Shown one piece after another: positions 29,470 through 38,007 of a stretch of DNA of 64,000 bases; the stretch's first letter is position 1, and each line of letters opens with the position of its first letter. The stretch is from Oscillospiraceae bacterium (GTDB taxonomy: Bacteria; Bacillota; Clostridia; Oscillospirales; JAAYXM01). The notes under the pieces are model-generated. The model saw nothing but the letters and a program-made list of their open reading frames with translations, made no database searches and was not told the DNA's origin. Made by a program: the position numbers and the translations under genes. Location: the NCBI GenBank assembly GCA_017439555.1, contig JAFSIZ010000007.1, positions 8,187-72,186 on the forward strand, in the 5' to 3' direction.

Positions 29470-29515
29470 AAAAGCTCCTTGAAACTAAATGTTTCAAGGA
29501 GCTTTCTGCTTTTTC
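29470..29515. terminator. Bidirectional intrinsic terminator
   Basis: aaagctccttgaaac / gtttcaaggagcttt stem plus a T-run, between convergent genes. Confidence 0.8.
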
Positions 29516-29549
29516 CTTTAACTTTCCCGACTGTATATAAGGCAAATCA

Positions 29550-30299
29550 TCAGTTTTCTCTCTTTTTATATTCTATATATTCATATGTGCTGTTTTCGCT
29601 TCTTTTTCTCATCGTCTCATACACTTCATCGCGCAGCTTCTTCGCCGCAGCCTTCGCACCAAGTGTTTCACCCGCATAGAACGGCCCATCTATAAATACC
29701 TCCGTTTTCGGTCTTTTGCCGAAGCGGCCTTTTTTATAGGTCACGGTTGTGCAATATACAGGAGCTCTGAACTTCACGGCAAATCTGAATGAGCTCTCGG
29801 AAAACGGACGTATTCCCGTATAATATTCCCACACGTGCGCCTCGGGATATATCACAACATTCTTCCCTTTCCTGAGATGTTCACCAATAGCTTCACTGAG
29901 CTTTCTCGTCCCGGAAAGCGTGTCGCTGAGCGGAAGCGCCCCGAGATAAGGAAGTAGCCTTCCTATAATCGGTATCCCATAATTTGCAGGCGATACAACA
30001 ACGTATATCCCGGTCGGCAAAGACGCAAGAGCCGGGATGAATATGTCCCCGACAGGCTGTGTGTGGTTTCCGAAAATGAGTGCACCGCGCAGTTTTTTTC
30101 TTTCTTTATACCGCAAGCGAAGATGCAGAAAAGAATATATGCTTCCAAAGATAACCGCCGCGCCGTAGATGAGTGTAGACAAAATGCGCGAAAGCGCATC
30201 ATTCCTTATCCATCTGTAGCCATCCGGTATCTTATATTCCTGATTCTTGCTTTCTATGAAATCATCTTCATATGAGCTGTAATATCTTATTCTTTTCAT
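29550..30299 (-). CDS. Lysophospholipid acyltransferase (PlsC/LPLAT) family protein
   Basis: HX4D motif in GNHTQPVGD and PEAHVW block. ATG 30299 overlaps the upstream stop (ATGA); the track start 30311 is a GTG. Confidence 0.7.
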   Translation of the reverse strand: MKRIRYYSSYEDDFIESKNQEYKIPDGYRWIRNDALSRILSTLIYGAAVIFGSIYSFLHLRLRYKERKKLRGALIFGNHTQPVGDIFIPALASLPTGIYVVVSPANYGIPIIGRLLPYLGALPLSDTLSGTRKLSEAIGEHLRKGKNVVIYPEAHVWEYYTGIRPFSESSFRFAVKFRAPVYCTTVTYKKGRFGKRPKTEVFIDGPFYAGETLGAKAAAKKLRDEVYETMRKRSENSTYEYIEYKKREN

Positions 30300-31153
30300 T
30301 CCGCAATCCACCCTGCGATATCAGACGGCTCAAAGCTGTAATCGAGCTTCTTTCCATAGATGCGCTCATACGCCGAGCTCTTCAGCCTGTTATCGCTCTC
30401 AAGCAGAAAAACGCTGTTTTCCCTGACTCCCTTTCCGCTATCAGGATAAAGAACATCGAGGATATGAAGAGTATAGCCGACCTTACGGAAGCTCTCCGTG
30501 TCCTTTTTATCAAGATCGCGCATTTCAACAAAACAGGAAATGACAGGAACGCCAAGCTTTGCAGCAAAATAATATGCGCCGCGAAGCCCCGGGCGCGGTT
30601 TGCGATAGTTGAACCACATCTCCCGCTCCGGATATATCAGCACAAGCTCATCCTTTTCAAGAAGCTCTCCGAGCACGTCCATCAGCTCGTGGCTCATATA
30701 GTGAAAATCGTCACAAAGCGGTATCGTGTCGGCATAATTCATAAGAAATCCTATAGGGCCAGTCATTGCAAAATTCGTTATCTGGCTCACTATGTTTATC
30801 CGCTTTTTCCGCAGCCTTCCTGCGAGCTTGCGGATAACCGTATTGTCGAGCGGCGAGAAATGGTTACTTGTGATTATCGCACCGCCTCTTATTCCCGAAA
30901 GCTTTTCAAGCCCTCTGATTTCCGTATTTCTGTTTAGTATTCCGCCGCCGATATCGGCAAAGCATCGCGCGGCACGTGACTTTAGCCTGAATGATATTTT
31001 GCCGCGATTTTGCATATAACTTTTTGCAATTGCAACCCCCTCTTCATCAGTGAGCACAGGGTCGTTGATCTCGACCTTTGCGTGAAAATCGAGCATGTCT
31101 GCTGATCTTTTTATATTCACAATTACTTCCTCGCGTCTTTCCCCGATAATCAT
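30296..31153 (-). CDS. Lysophospholipid acyltransferase (PlsC/LPLAT) family protein
   Basis: HX4D motif in SNHFSPLDN and IYPEREMW block. ATGA overlap with the upstream GT8 gene. Confidence 0.7.
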   Translation of the reverse strand: MIIGERREEVIVNIKRSADMLDFHAKVEINDPVLTDEEGVAIAKSYMQNRGKISFRLKSRAARCFADIGGGILNRNTEIRGLEKLSGIRGGAIITSNHFSPLDNTVIRKLAGRLRKKRINIVSQITNFAMTGPIGFLMNYADTIPLCDDFHYMSHELMDVLGELLEKDELVLIYPEREMWFNYRKPRPGLRGAYYFAAKLGVPVISCFVEMRDLDKKDTESFRKVGYTLHILDVLYPDSGKGVRENSVFLLESDNRLKSSAYERIYGKKLDYSFEPSDIAGWIAE

Positions 31154-32103
31154 AATCTGATTTTCTCTCCGCTTTCAAATATCTTTTTAAAGGTGATGTC
31201 GCTCTCTGCTATCTCGACGCCGCGTCTTATAAGAAGCCCGAGGCATTCAGAATCTGATTTCTTCTGCTCCTCCGAATATGAGTCCTTATATGCGCGGATT
31301 TCATCTATATATCCGCACCCTTCCGCCGCCTTCCAGAAGAAATCGGCATATTGAATTCCGTCATAGCACCACGGCTTTGAGAAAAGGTTATAATGAATAA
31401 GCTTCACATCCGAAAGCGGCGGTTTCCTGTCATTCGGCATAGCATCCCATATCTCATCAAGATAATGGATTGAGCCGCTGCAAATTGCATTTATATAATC
31501 CTGGTCGGGCGCAATGCAATCAAACTGATATTTTGTAAGCAGCGACAAAAAGTGCTCATCGAGCCTCCTTTCCCGGAGTGCTTTGAGGTTCATAAGCAAC
31601 ACTCCGGAATTTATATATTTATCACGTGAAACGCCAACAGCATCTTCCATATATCTCGCAAGCTCCGGAACATCCGATACAGATTTGTCAACACAGGCTC
31701 CGATGAGATTATCACCGATATCCGTATCATAAAGCTCCGCAATATCTCCGGGGATGACAACATCACTGTCGATATATATCGCCTTGTCATATTGAGGAAA
31801 CATCGCAGGAATAAACAGGCGGAAATATATCGTCAGCGTGAAATAATCACAGCGCAAACGGTTTGACATACGGTCGCCTATTTCCTCAAAGCTTTGCTTC
31901 ATCTCCGCAAAATCGATGCGGAAATGCTCTTTTGACAGCGCACTTAGTCTTCTGATATTTTCCTTTGAAAGATCTTTGTACAAAACAATAGCTCTGTATT
32001 TTCTCGATGCGTCCGAGCTCTCTATCGCAGAATTGAGCGCTGTGGCAAGAAACGGCGCATAGCCATCGTCAATCGAAAAAAACACCGGTATTTCTTTGTT
32101 CAT
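31150..32103 (-). CDS. Glycosyltransferase family 8 protein
   Basis: FFSIDDGYAP and YIDSDVV (DxD) motifs. ATG 32103 is preceded by GGAGGAG; the track's longer start was rejected. Confidence 0.75.
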   Translation of the reverse strand: MNKEIPVFFSIDDGYAPFLATALNSAIESSDASRKYRAIVLYKDLSKENIRRLSALSKEHFRIDFAEMKQSFEEIGDRMSNRLRCDYFTLTIYFRLFIPAMFPQYDKAIYIDSDVVIPGDIAELYDTDIGDNLIGACVDKSVSDVPELARYMEDAVGVSRDKYINSGVLLMNLKALRERRLDEHFLSLLTKYQFDCIAPDQDYINAICSGSIHYLDEIWDAMPNDRKPPLSDVKLIHYNLFSKPWCYDGIQYADFFWKAAEGCGYIDEIRAYKDSYSEEQKKSDSECLGLLIRRGVEIAESDITFKKIFESGEKIRL

Positions 32104-32911
32104 TTTCAAACTCCTCCTTGAATGAAATGTATTTTTCAAGCAATGTGTCATATTCATATAGCTTCAGAACTGTATGCATCCGTTCTGTCTGCCACGGCTT
32201 TACGGAAACGCTGTGAAACCACGGAAAGAAACGGAAGCTCGTTGTGAAATGCTGAAAAACCGTATCCTTATGTAGCTTACGCTGTTCGTTGTAGCGCCTC
32301 GGAAATACCCTTTTGCTGCGAACACTATTGTTTATCGCAGACTGATCTGGCATAAACATCCGCTTTTCCCTGCACATCCTGCGGCACTTCTCAAACAACC
32401 CCGTCTCGCGGATTTTTTTAAGATTCAAAAGCAACACTCCGGAATTCAGATAATCATAGCCGAAAAACCATTTGCCGTAATGGTCGCGCACTCCTGCAAG
32501 CTCGATGTCTTTGACATCAATGTTATAGAATTCCGAAAAATCACAGCGACATATAACATCGTTGTCAAGATACAGAATTTTATCGGGAAGATACCCCAAA
32601 TCATCCGCAAAAAGCCTGAGCATACAACACGGAGTAAATCTTGTCCCCATATTCGCAAGAGGCATATTCTCCGCAAACAATCCCGATATATCGTGAAGCG
32701 TGACAGCGCTCTCACAGTTTTTCTCTTTAACAAGCATATCGAGCTTTGCTGCAAGCTTTTCTGAAACAGGCTCATATATTTTCTGCTCGGTTTCGAGCGC
32801 CATCGTCAATATATGTATATCAAGCTCTTCACTTATATTTTCAAGAAGTGAGAGGACGGAGATGATAAGCCCGTCTGAGATATTTTTATCTCCGCAATAT
32901 AAAATGTTCAT
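32069..32911 (-). CDS. Glycosyltransferase family 8 protein
   Basis: ILYCGDKNISDGL and YLDNDVI (DxD) motifs. ATG 32911 fits the predicted TSS near 32937. Its 3' end overlaps the next GT8 start. Confidence 0.7.
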   Translation of the reverse strand: MNILYCGDKNISDGLIISVLSLLENISEELDIHILTMALETEQKIYEPVSEKLAAKLDMLVKEKNCESAVTLHDISGLFAENMPLANMGTRFTPCCMLRLFADDLGYLPDKILYLDNDVICRCDFSEFYNIDVKDIELAGVRDHYGKWFFGYDYLNSGVLLLNLKKIRETGLFEKCRRMCREKRMFMPDQSAINNSVRSKRVFPRRYNEQRKLHKDTVFQHFTTSFRFFPWFHSVSVKPWQTERMHTVLKLYEYDTLLEKYISFKEEFENEQRNTGVFFD

Positions 32912-32943
32912 AATCTCATTCCCCATTTCTGTCTGCAGTGTCA

Positions 32944-32972
32944 ATTATATGTCCGGTGCGTGCAACACTCAA
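32944..32972 (-). promoter_or_regulatory. Sigma-A-type promoter for the GT8-GT8-LPLAT-LPLAT operon
   Basis: Minus strand TTGAGT (32972-32967), 17 nt, TATAAT (32949-32944). Confidence 0.5.
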
Positions 32973-33010
32973 CCTATTCCGCAAAAAGCTGTCTCCACTA
33001 TACAGCACAC

Positions 33011-33048
33011 TGCGGAAGAGAGCTCAGAAAACAGCTCTCTACCCGCAG
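33011..33048 (-). terminator. Strong stem-loop after degV (no clear U-tract)
   Basis: ctgcggaagagagct ... agctctctacccgcag form a roughly 15-bp imperfect stem, 11 nt downstream of the degV stop. Confidence 0.45.
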
Positions 33049-33058
33049 TAGAATCCCT

Positions 33059-33910
33059 TTATTTATCGCATTTTTTGAAAAAAGCGGCCGCAACGGCGCC
33101 CGGACCTGCATGCGTTCCGATCGCACTTCCGATTATCTCGCTGCGAAGCCCTGATACGTTGCCCTCCCATATATGCGAGCTGTCCTCTATATATTTTTGA
33201 AGCAATATATCGGAAAGCCCTGTGTAGCCCAAAAGAAGCGGCTTTGAAAAATCGACTCCGCCTGCGGCTTCTATTTCTTTTATAAGCAGATTATTTCCCT
33301 GCTTTGAACCGCGCGCCTTACCCAGCATTTCGATAACTCCGTCACGCACGCACACAACAGGTTTTATCTGCAAAAGCCCTCCTGCAAAAGCGACAGTCTT
33401 TGATATTCTTCCACCCTTTTTTAGATATTCGAGAGTGTCAAGCATTGCAATGAGACAAACGTTTTCCCGTTCCTTTTCAATGCGCTTTGCAATCTCTTCC
33501 GCGCCCATACCGCGCTTTGCCATATCGAGTGCAAGCTCTGCAAGGATTCCTGCACCGATTGCGACAGTTTTGCTGTCTACGACGAACACCTCACCCGGAT
33601 ATTCGGATGCGGCAATCATCGCGCTCTGATATGTGCCGGAAAGCTTTGACGCAACAGTTATCACCACAGCTTTCTCCCCGTTTCTGACGCATTCCCCGAT
33701 TGCTCTTTCAAAGGCATCCGGTGTCGCCTGGCTCGTCACGGGAATTTCATCGCTCTCGACAAGCATTTCATAAAATTTCTTATGCGTAATTGTTATACCA
33801 TCGATAAAGTCCTCTTCGCCAAAACGGATCGTAAGTGGAACGATGCAAAACTCTTCTCTTATCTCCTTTGCAACATCTGTTGTTGAATCTATAATTATTT
33901 TTGTTTTCAT
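33059..33910 (-). CDS. DegV family fatty-acid-binding protein
   Basis: MKTKIIIDSTTDV N-terminus and the overall DegV pattern. ATG 33910 preferred; the track's 30-aa extension is hydrophobic junk upstream of the -10. Confidence 0.85.
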   Translation of the reverse strand: MKTKIIIDSTTDVAKEIREEFCIVPLTIRFGEEDFIDGITITHKKFYEMLVESDEIPVTSQATPDAFERAIGECVRNGEKAVVITVASKLSGTYQSAMIAASEYPGEVFVVDSKTVAIGAGILAELALDMAKRGMGAEEIAKRIEKERENVCLIAMLDTLEYLKKGGRISKTVAFAGGLLQIKPVVCVRDGVIEMLGKARGSKQGNNLLIKEIEAAGGVDFSKPLLLGYTGLSDILLQKYIEDSSHIWEGNVSGLRSEIIGSAIGTHAGPGAVAAAFFKKCDK

Positions 33911-33953
33911 AATACTTCTCCCGAATCTTTTTTGTTGACAAATCAACAACAGT

Positions 33954-33982
33954 AGTATATACGAAAAACGTTGAGGTGTCAA
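33954..33982 (-). promoter_or_regulatory. Sigma-A-type promoter for degV
   Basis: Minus strand TTGACA (33982-33977), 17 nt, TATACT (33959-33954). Confidence 0.5.
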
Positions 33983-34034
33983 CAATTTATTTAACACAGG
34001 CTTTACCTTCCCGCTCTTTCGGAATTAACATTCG

Positions 34035-34059
34035 CTGTTATATAATTCTGTTATATAAT
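34035..34059 (+). repeat. Direct repeat CTGTTATATAAT x2 (13-bp period) upstream of the two-component operon
   Basis: ctgttatataat at 34035-34046 and again at 34048-34059. Each copy contains a TATAAT. Confidence 0.8.
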
Positions 34060-34076
34060 AAAAGAGGTGTATATTC

Positions 34077-34157
34077 ATGAGAAAGTATCTTATAGTATTC
34101 TATTCAATGATGGCAGTTCTGACAGCCCTTGCCGCCTTTCTTTCAGTTTGTGATTGA
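34077..34157 (+). CDS. Candidate 26-aa hydrophobic peptide (or orphan lipoprotein signal-peptide remnant)
   Basis: AGAGGTG RBS lies 7 nt before the ATG. Peptide is MRKYLIVFYSMMAVLTALAAFLSVCD. Below the ORF-track cutoff. Confidence 0.35.
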   Translation: MRKYLIVFYSMMAVLTALAAFLSVCD

Positions 34158-34182
34158 ATTATTTGAAAATGCGCATTATAAT
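34154..34182 (+). promoter_or_regulatory. Sigma-A-type promoter for the response regulator/kinase operon
   Basis: TTGAAT (34154-59), 17 nt, TATAAT (34177-82), followed by GGAGGTG and GTG 34205. Confidence 0.5.
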
Positions 34183-34204
34183 AAAGTCACGGAGGTGAGA
34201 ACAA

Positions 34205-34888
34205 GTGATATATTTCATCGAAGATGACGACAATATAAGAAAGCTCGTGTGCTATGCAATCTCACACGCCGGCTATGAAATCGAGGGTTTCTCAAAGCCG
34301 AGTGAGTTTTGGCAATGTATGTGCAAAGCTGAGCCCGAGCTGATTCTGCTCGACATAATGCTCCCCGAGGAGGACGGTCTCTCCATCCTCAAAAAGCTCA
34401 GAGCTTCATCCGAGACAGAGAGCATACCCGTAATAATGCTGACTGCAAAGGGCAGTGAATTTGATAAAGTAACCGGGCTTGATATGGGCGCAGACGATTA
34501 TATCTCAAAACCGTTCGGGATGACCGAGCTCATATCCCGCGTCCGCGCAGTTTTGAGAAGATATGAAAAAACAAAGACAAGCGCGGAAAAAACCTTCAGA
34601 CTCGGAGGGCTTTTTGTCGATCCGGCAAAGCATATAATAGAGGTTGACGGCGCTCCCGTCGCTCTCTCGTTCAAGGAATATTCCCTTCTTCTGATGCTTC
34701 TCGAGGCAAACGGAAATGTTGTCAGCCGAAATGAGCTACTCACAAAAATCTGGGGCGAATTCTATGATGACTCGCGCACGCTTGACGTGCACATCAGAAA
34801 GCTTCGTGTCAAGCTCGGCGACTGCGGCAGCCTTATCCGCACAGTCAAAAACATCGGCTATCAGATCGGGGGCGCGGTGGGTGAATAA
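34205..34888 (+). CDS. OmpR/PhoB-family response regulator
   Basis: Receiver domain (LLDIMLPEEDG, KPF) plus a winged-helix C-terminus (TLDVHIRKLRVKL...IRTVKNIGY). GTG start after GGAGG. Confidence 0.9.
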   Translation: MIYFIEDDDNIRKLVCYAISHAGYEIEGFSKPSEFWQCMCKAEPELILLDIMLPEEDGLSILKKLRASSETESIPVIMLTAKGSEFDKVTGLDMGADDYISKPFGMTELISRVRAVLRRYEKTKTSAEKTFRLGGLFVDPAKHIIEVDGAPVALSFKEYSLLLMLLEANGNVVSRNELLTKIWGEFYDDSRTLDVHIRKLRVKLGDCGSLIRTVKNIGYQIGGAVGE

Positions 34889-36536
34889 AAAGATTTTCCG
34901 CGGTACTATGTTCGTTGCGCTTTCTGTGCTTTTTGCAAGCGTTATTCTTACGCTCGGCATCCTTCTCGATTTTTTCGAACGGCAGATACAAAGCGAGCTG
35001 AAAAATGAGGCGGCATATATTGCCCACGCAATAGAGAGCCAGGGAATATCGTTTCTTGACAGCTTGAACAGCACAGACAAGCATATAACGCTGTTCTCAC
35101 CATCAGGCGAAATTATTGCAGAAGCACAGGACGACGGCAGAACACGCAACGACCGCACAGACCTCGATGATGTAAAGCAGGCTCTTGAAAGCGGCACAGG
35201 AATGAGCCACAGCTATTCCGGCACCCGCACGGAAAAAACCACCTACTATGCAATAAAGCTGACAGACGGGAACGTTCTTCGTGTGTCAACAACTCAATAT
35301 TCTGCAATAACTATCCTTCTTGGTCTGATCCAGCCGCTGATTCTTGTGTTTGTCTTTGCATTCGCCATATCCTCCATCCTTGCCTACAGGATTTCAAACA
35401 GCATCGTGAAGCCGATAAATGCACTCAATCTCAACAATCCTGTCGCTTCGGACGATACATACGAGGAGCTGTCTCCGCTTCTGCACAAAATATCCGCACA
35501 GAAGCGCACTATTGAGCGCAGAATAAAAGAAGCACAGCGAAAGCAGGAGGAATTCCGCCTGATAACAGAAAATATGAGTGAGGGCTTCATCACTACCGAT
35601 GAGGTCGGAAACATACTCACCTATAACCATTCCGCACTGAGACTTCTGAATGTCAGCGGAGTTGTTTGTGAAAATATCCTTACACTCAACAAGGCTCAAG
35701 AATTCCGCGAGGCCGTGCTTTCCGCACTGGGCGGAGAGCGCAGTGAGCGCAACATGCTGCTTGATGACAGAATATACAGCCTTATCGCGAATCCTGTTGC
35801 CGAAAACGGCAAGCTCATCGGCTCGATCATAATAATACTTGATATTACCGAAACGTTCAGGCAGGAGCTTTTGCGCCGCGAATTCACCTCAAACGTTTCC
35901 CACGAGCTTAAAACTCCGCTCACTTCAATCTCAGGCTTTGCGGAAATATTGAAAACAGGCGCAACTGACAATGAAACCGTTGTCGACTTTTCAAAATCGA
36001 TTTATGATGAAGCGCAGCGACTTATAACTCTCGTAAGCGATATAATAAAGCTTTCTGAGCTTGACGAAGGCTCGATAGAATTCGACAGGACGGACGTCGA
36101 CCTTTTCGCACTTTCCGAGGAAATCATCTCGCGTCTTACGCCGAGTGCAGAGCGCGCAGATATAAAGCTTCTGCTTCGCGGCGAAAGTACAACTGTATCG
36201 GGTGTAAGAAAGATACTCGATGAAATGATCTATAATCTCTGCGATAATGCAATAAAATATAACAAAAAAGGCGGCACAGTCGAGGTTTCTGTCAAATCCG
36301 ACGGCACGACGGCAATAGTGTCTGTGCGCGACACCGGCATCGGCATACCGCAGGCAGAGCTGGCGCGTGTGTTTGAGCGTTTTTATCGCGTCGATAAAAG
36401 CCACTCGAAGGAGGTCGGCGGAACAGGGCTTGGTCTTTCAATCGTAAAGCACGGCGCTATATATCACAATGCACAGATAAGTCTTGACAGCAAATCCGGA
36501 GAGGGCACTGTCATCACCATCACATTCAGTAAATAA
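34881..36536 (+). CDS. Sensor histidine kinase (PhoR-like architecture: 2 TM, PAS-like, HisKA, HATPase)
   Basis: H-box SHELKTPLTSISGF, N-box DNAIKYN, G-box GTGLGLSIV. I place the start at GTG 34881, overlapping the regulator stop. The exact start is uncertain. Confidence 0.85.
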   Translation: MNKKIFRGTMFVALSVLFASVILTLGILLDFFERQIQSELKNEAAYIAHAIESQGISFLDSLNSTDKHITLFSPSGEIIAEAQDDGRTRNDRTDLDDVKQALESGTGMSHSYSGTRTEKTTYYAIKLTDGNVLRVSTTQYSAITILLGLIQPLILVFVFAFAISSILAYRISNSIVKPINALNLNNPVASDDTYEELSPLLHKISAQKRTIERRIKEAQRKQEEFRLITENMSEGFITTDEVGNILTYNHSALRLLNVSGVVCENILTLNKAQEFREAVLSALGGERSERNMLLDDRIYSLIANPVAENGKLIGSIIIILDITETFRQELLRREFTSNVSHELKTPLTSISGFAEILKTGATDNETVVDFSKSIYDEAQRLITLVSDIIKLSELDEGSIEFDRTDVDLFALSEEIISRLTPSAERADIKLLLRGESTTVSGVRKILDEMIYNLCDNAIKYNKKGGTVEVSVKSDGTTAIVSVRDTGIGIPQAELARVFERFYRVDKSHSKEVGGTGLGLSIVKHGAIYHNAQISLDSKSGEGTVITITFSK

Positions 36537-36537
36537 A

Positions 36538-36574
36538 GAACGGAGCAGTTCCTGATGAACTGCTCCGTTTTGTC
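36538..36574. terminator. Bidirectional intrinsic terminator
   Basis: aacggagcagttc / gaactgctccgtt stem plus a T-run, between convergent genes. Confidence 0.8.
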
Positions 36575-36579
36575 GATAT

Positions 36580-37518
36580 TTAAAACATAAGCTCAAACAC
36601 AATGGACATAAGCGGCAGGAATACGACACTCAATATTGTTGTGCCGACTGTGAGAATCGCGGCAAGCCCTGAATCCTGACCTGCATCACGTGAAAGAGCA
36701 GAGGCGATTGCCGCAGTCGGGACTCCTGTTGCGATAAATATTGCGGCAGCAAGCGGCATTGACAGCTCTACTCCCGGAATCAGCATAACCAGATAAACCA
36801 TAACAAACGCAAGAAGCGGCGATATACACATCTTCATAATACTCGTGGTATACAGCTCCCGGCGCAGAAATATATCCCCGGGTTTAAGCTTTGACAGCTC
36901 ATAGCCGAGTATTGTCATTGACAGAGGGGTTGTCAGATCGGCAAAGTAGCCCGTATATGCAATAAGCGACGGCACCTTTTCTCCGACGTGCAGAACCGAC
37001 AGCACAATTCCGACAACAGCTGAGATTGATATGGGTTTCAGAATAATCGACAGTATTCCGCTTTTCTTCTGCACCGGGGAAAGAATGTTGACGCCAAAGG
37101 TGAGCACCATAACGGAATTGAATATGTTCCATATTGCGACGAATACAGCGACCTCAGGCTGATCGGGAAACATCGCAGCCGCAAGCGGAATCCCGAGAAA
37201 TCCGCAATTTGGAAATACTGAACAAAAACGCTCTACACGGCGTTTTTTAAAGACAAGCCCCGTCAGGATATAAAGAAGAAACAGCATCACCGGTACATGG
37301 ATTATGCAAAAGATGACATTTGCCACCCCAAGCTTTGATATATCCGTTTCAAGCATCTTCACGATAACAAGACAAGGCATCGCAATCTTCGTTATTATCT
37401 CGGTAAGCCCCGGGATCGCCTTATCACCAAGGAGCTTGCATTTGCTGAGAATATATCCCGGTATCAGCAAAAGAACAAACATCAATATTTTTTCTGTCAA
37501 TACATAAAAATCAAACAT
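36580..37518 (-). CDS. AEC (auxin efflux carrier) family transporter
   Basis: Polytopic, roughly 10 TM, family-typical N-terminus. ATG 37518 is preceded by AAGAGGTG; the track's 37527 GTG lies inside that RBS. Confidence 0.75.
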   Translation of the reverse strand: MFDFYVLTEKILMFVLLLIPGYILSKCKLLGDKAIPGLTEIITKIAMPCLVIVKMLETDISKLGVANVIFCIIHVPVMLFLLYILTGLVFKKRRVERFCSVFPNCGFLGIPLAAAMFPDQPEVAVFVAIWNIFNSVMVLTFGVNILSPVQKKSGILSIILKPISISAVVGIVLSVLHVGEKVPSLIAYTGYFADLTTPLSMTILGYELSKLKPGDIFLRRELYTTSIMKMCISPLLAFVMVYLVMLIPGVELSMPLAAAIFIATGVPTAAIASALSRDAGQDSGLAAILTVGTTILSVVFLPLMSIVFELMF

Positions 37519-37547
37519 AGGAAACACCTCTTTACTGCCATATTATA

Positions 37548-37588
37548 CCTTTCTGATTTCTTTTTTACAAGAGAAAAATCAGAAAGGG
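37548..37588. promoter_or_regulatory. 12-bp perfect inverted repeat in a divergent intergenic region (candidate operator)
   Basis: cctttctgattt (37548-59) and aaatcagaaagg (37577-88), separated by 17 nt. Confidence 0.4.
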
Positions 37589-37649
37589 CAGATATGACAA
37601 TCCACCCTTCGAATCCAAACCTTCGCTCTATTTCCACAATATCTCCGAA

Positions 37650-37973
37650 ATGCAGGCATTTATAAAAAGTCATTCCGGGATCGGCGTGCAGGTGCGCGAT
37701 ATTGCCGAAAAATTCAATATGAGCGAGAGACATATCAACCGTATATTCAAAGCTCACACCGAAGAATGCCCCAAGGAGTATATCAACCACGAAAAGCTCC
37801 GCAAAATCGAGGAATACATTGTTTCAACGAAGCTGTCGCTGAGTGAGATTTCCGGCCTTTGCGGTTTTTGTGATGAGTATGCAATGAACAAATTTTTCAA
37901 AAGATATAATCTCATAAACCTTTCAGACTTCCGCAAGCTTTCAAGCAAACGTAAAAACCCCACAGGTTACTGA
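37650..37973 (+). CDS. Stand-alone AraC-type HTH domain protein (possibly a truncated regulator)
   Basis: 107 aa covering only the double HTH (VRDIAEKFNMSERHINRIFK ... LSEISGLCGFCDEYAMNKFFKRY). No sensor domain. Confidence 0.55.
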   Translation: MQAFIKSHSGIGVQVRDIAEKFNMSERHINRIFKAHTEECPKEYINHEKLRKIEEYIVSTKLSLSEISGLCGFCDEYAMNKFFKRYNLINLSDFRKLSSKRKNPTGY

Positions 37974-38006
37974 ATATATTCAATAGCCTGTGGGATTTGT
38001 TTTTAT
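37957..38006. terminator. Bidirectional intrinsic terminator
   Basis: cccacagg / cctgtggg stem with a long loop, followed by tttgtttttatttt. Confidence 0.6.
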
Positions 38007-38007
38007 T

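Noticed and set aside
37497-37790. 97-aa minus-strand ORF overlapping the AEC start and the AraC-HTH gene
   Set aside because: It crosses an intergenic promoter region and is antisense to a recognisable HTH domain. It has no RBS.
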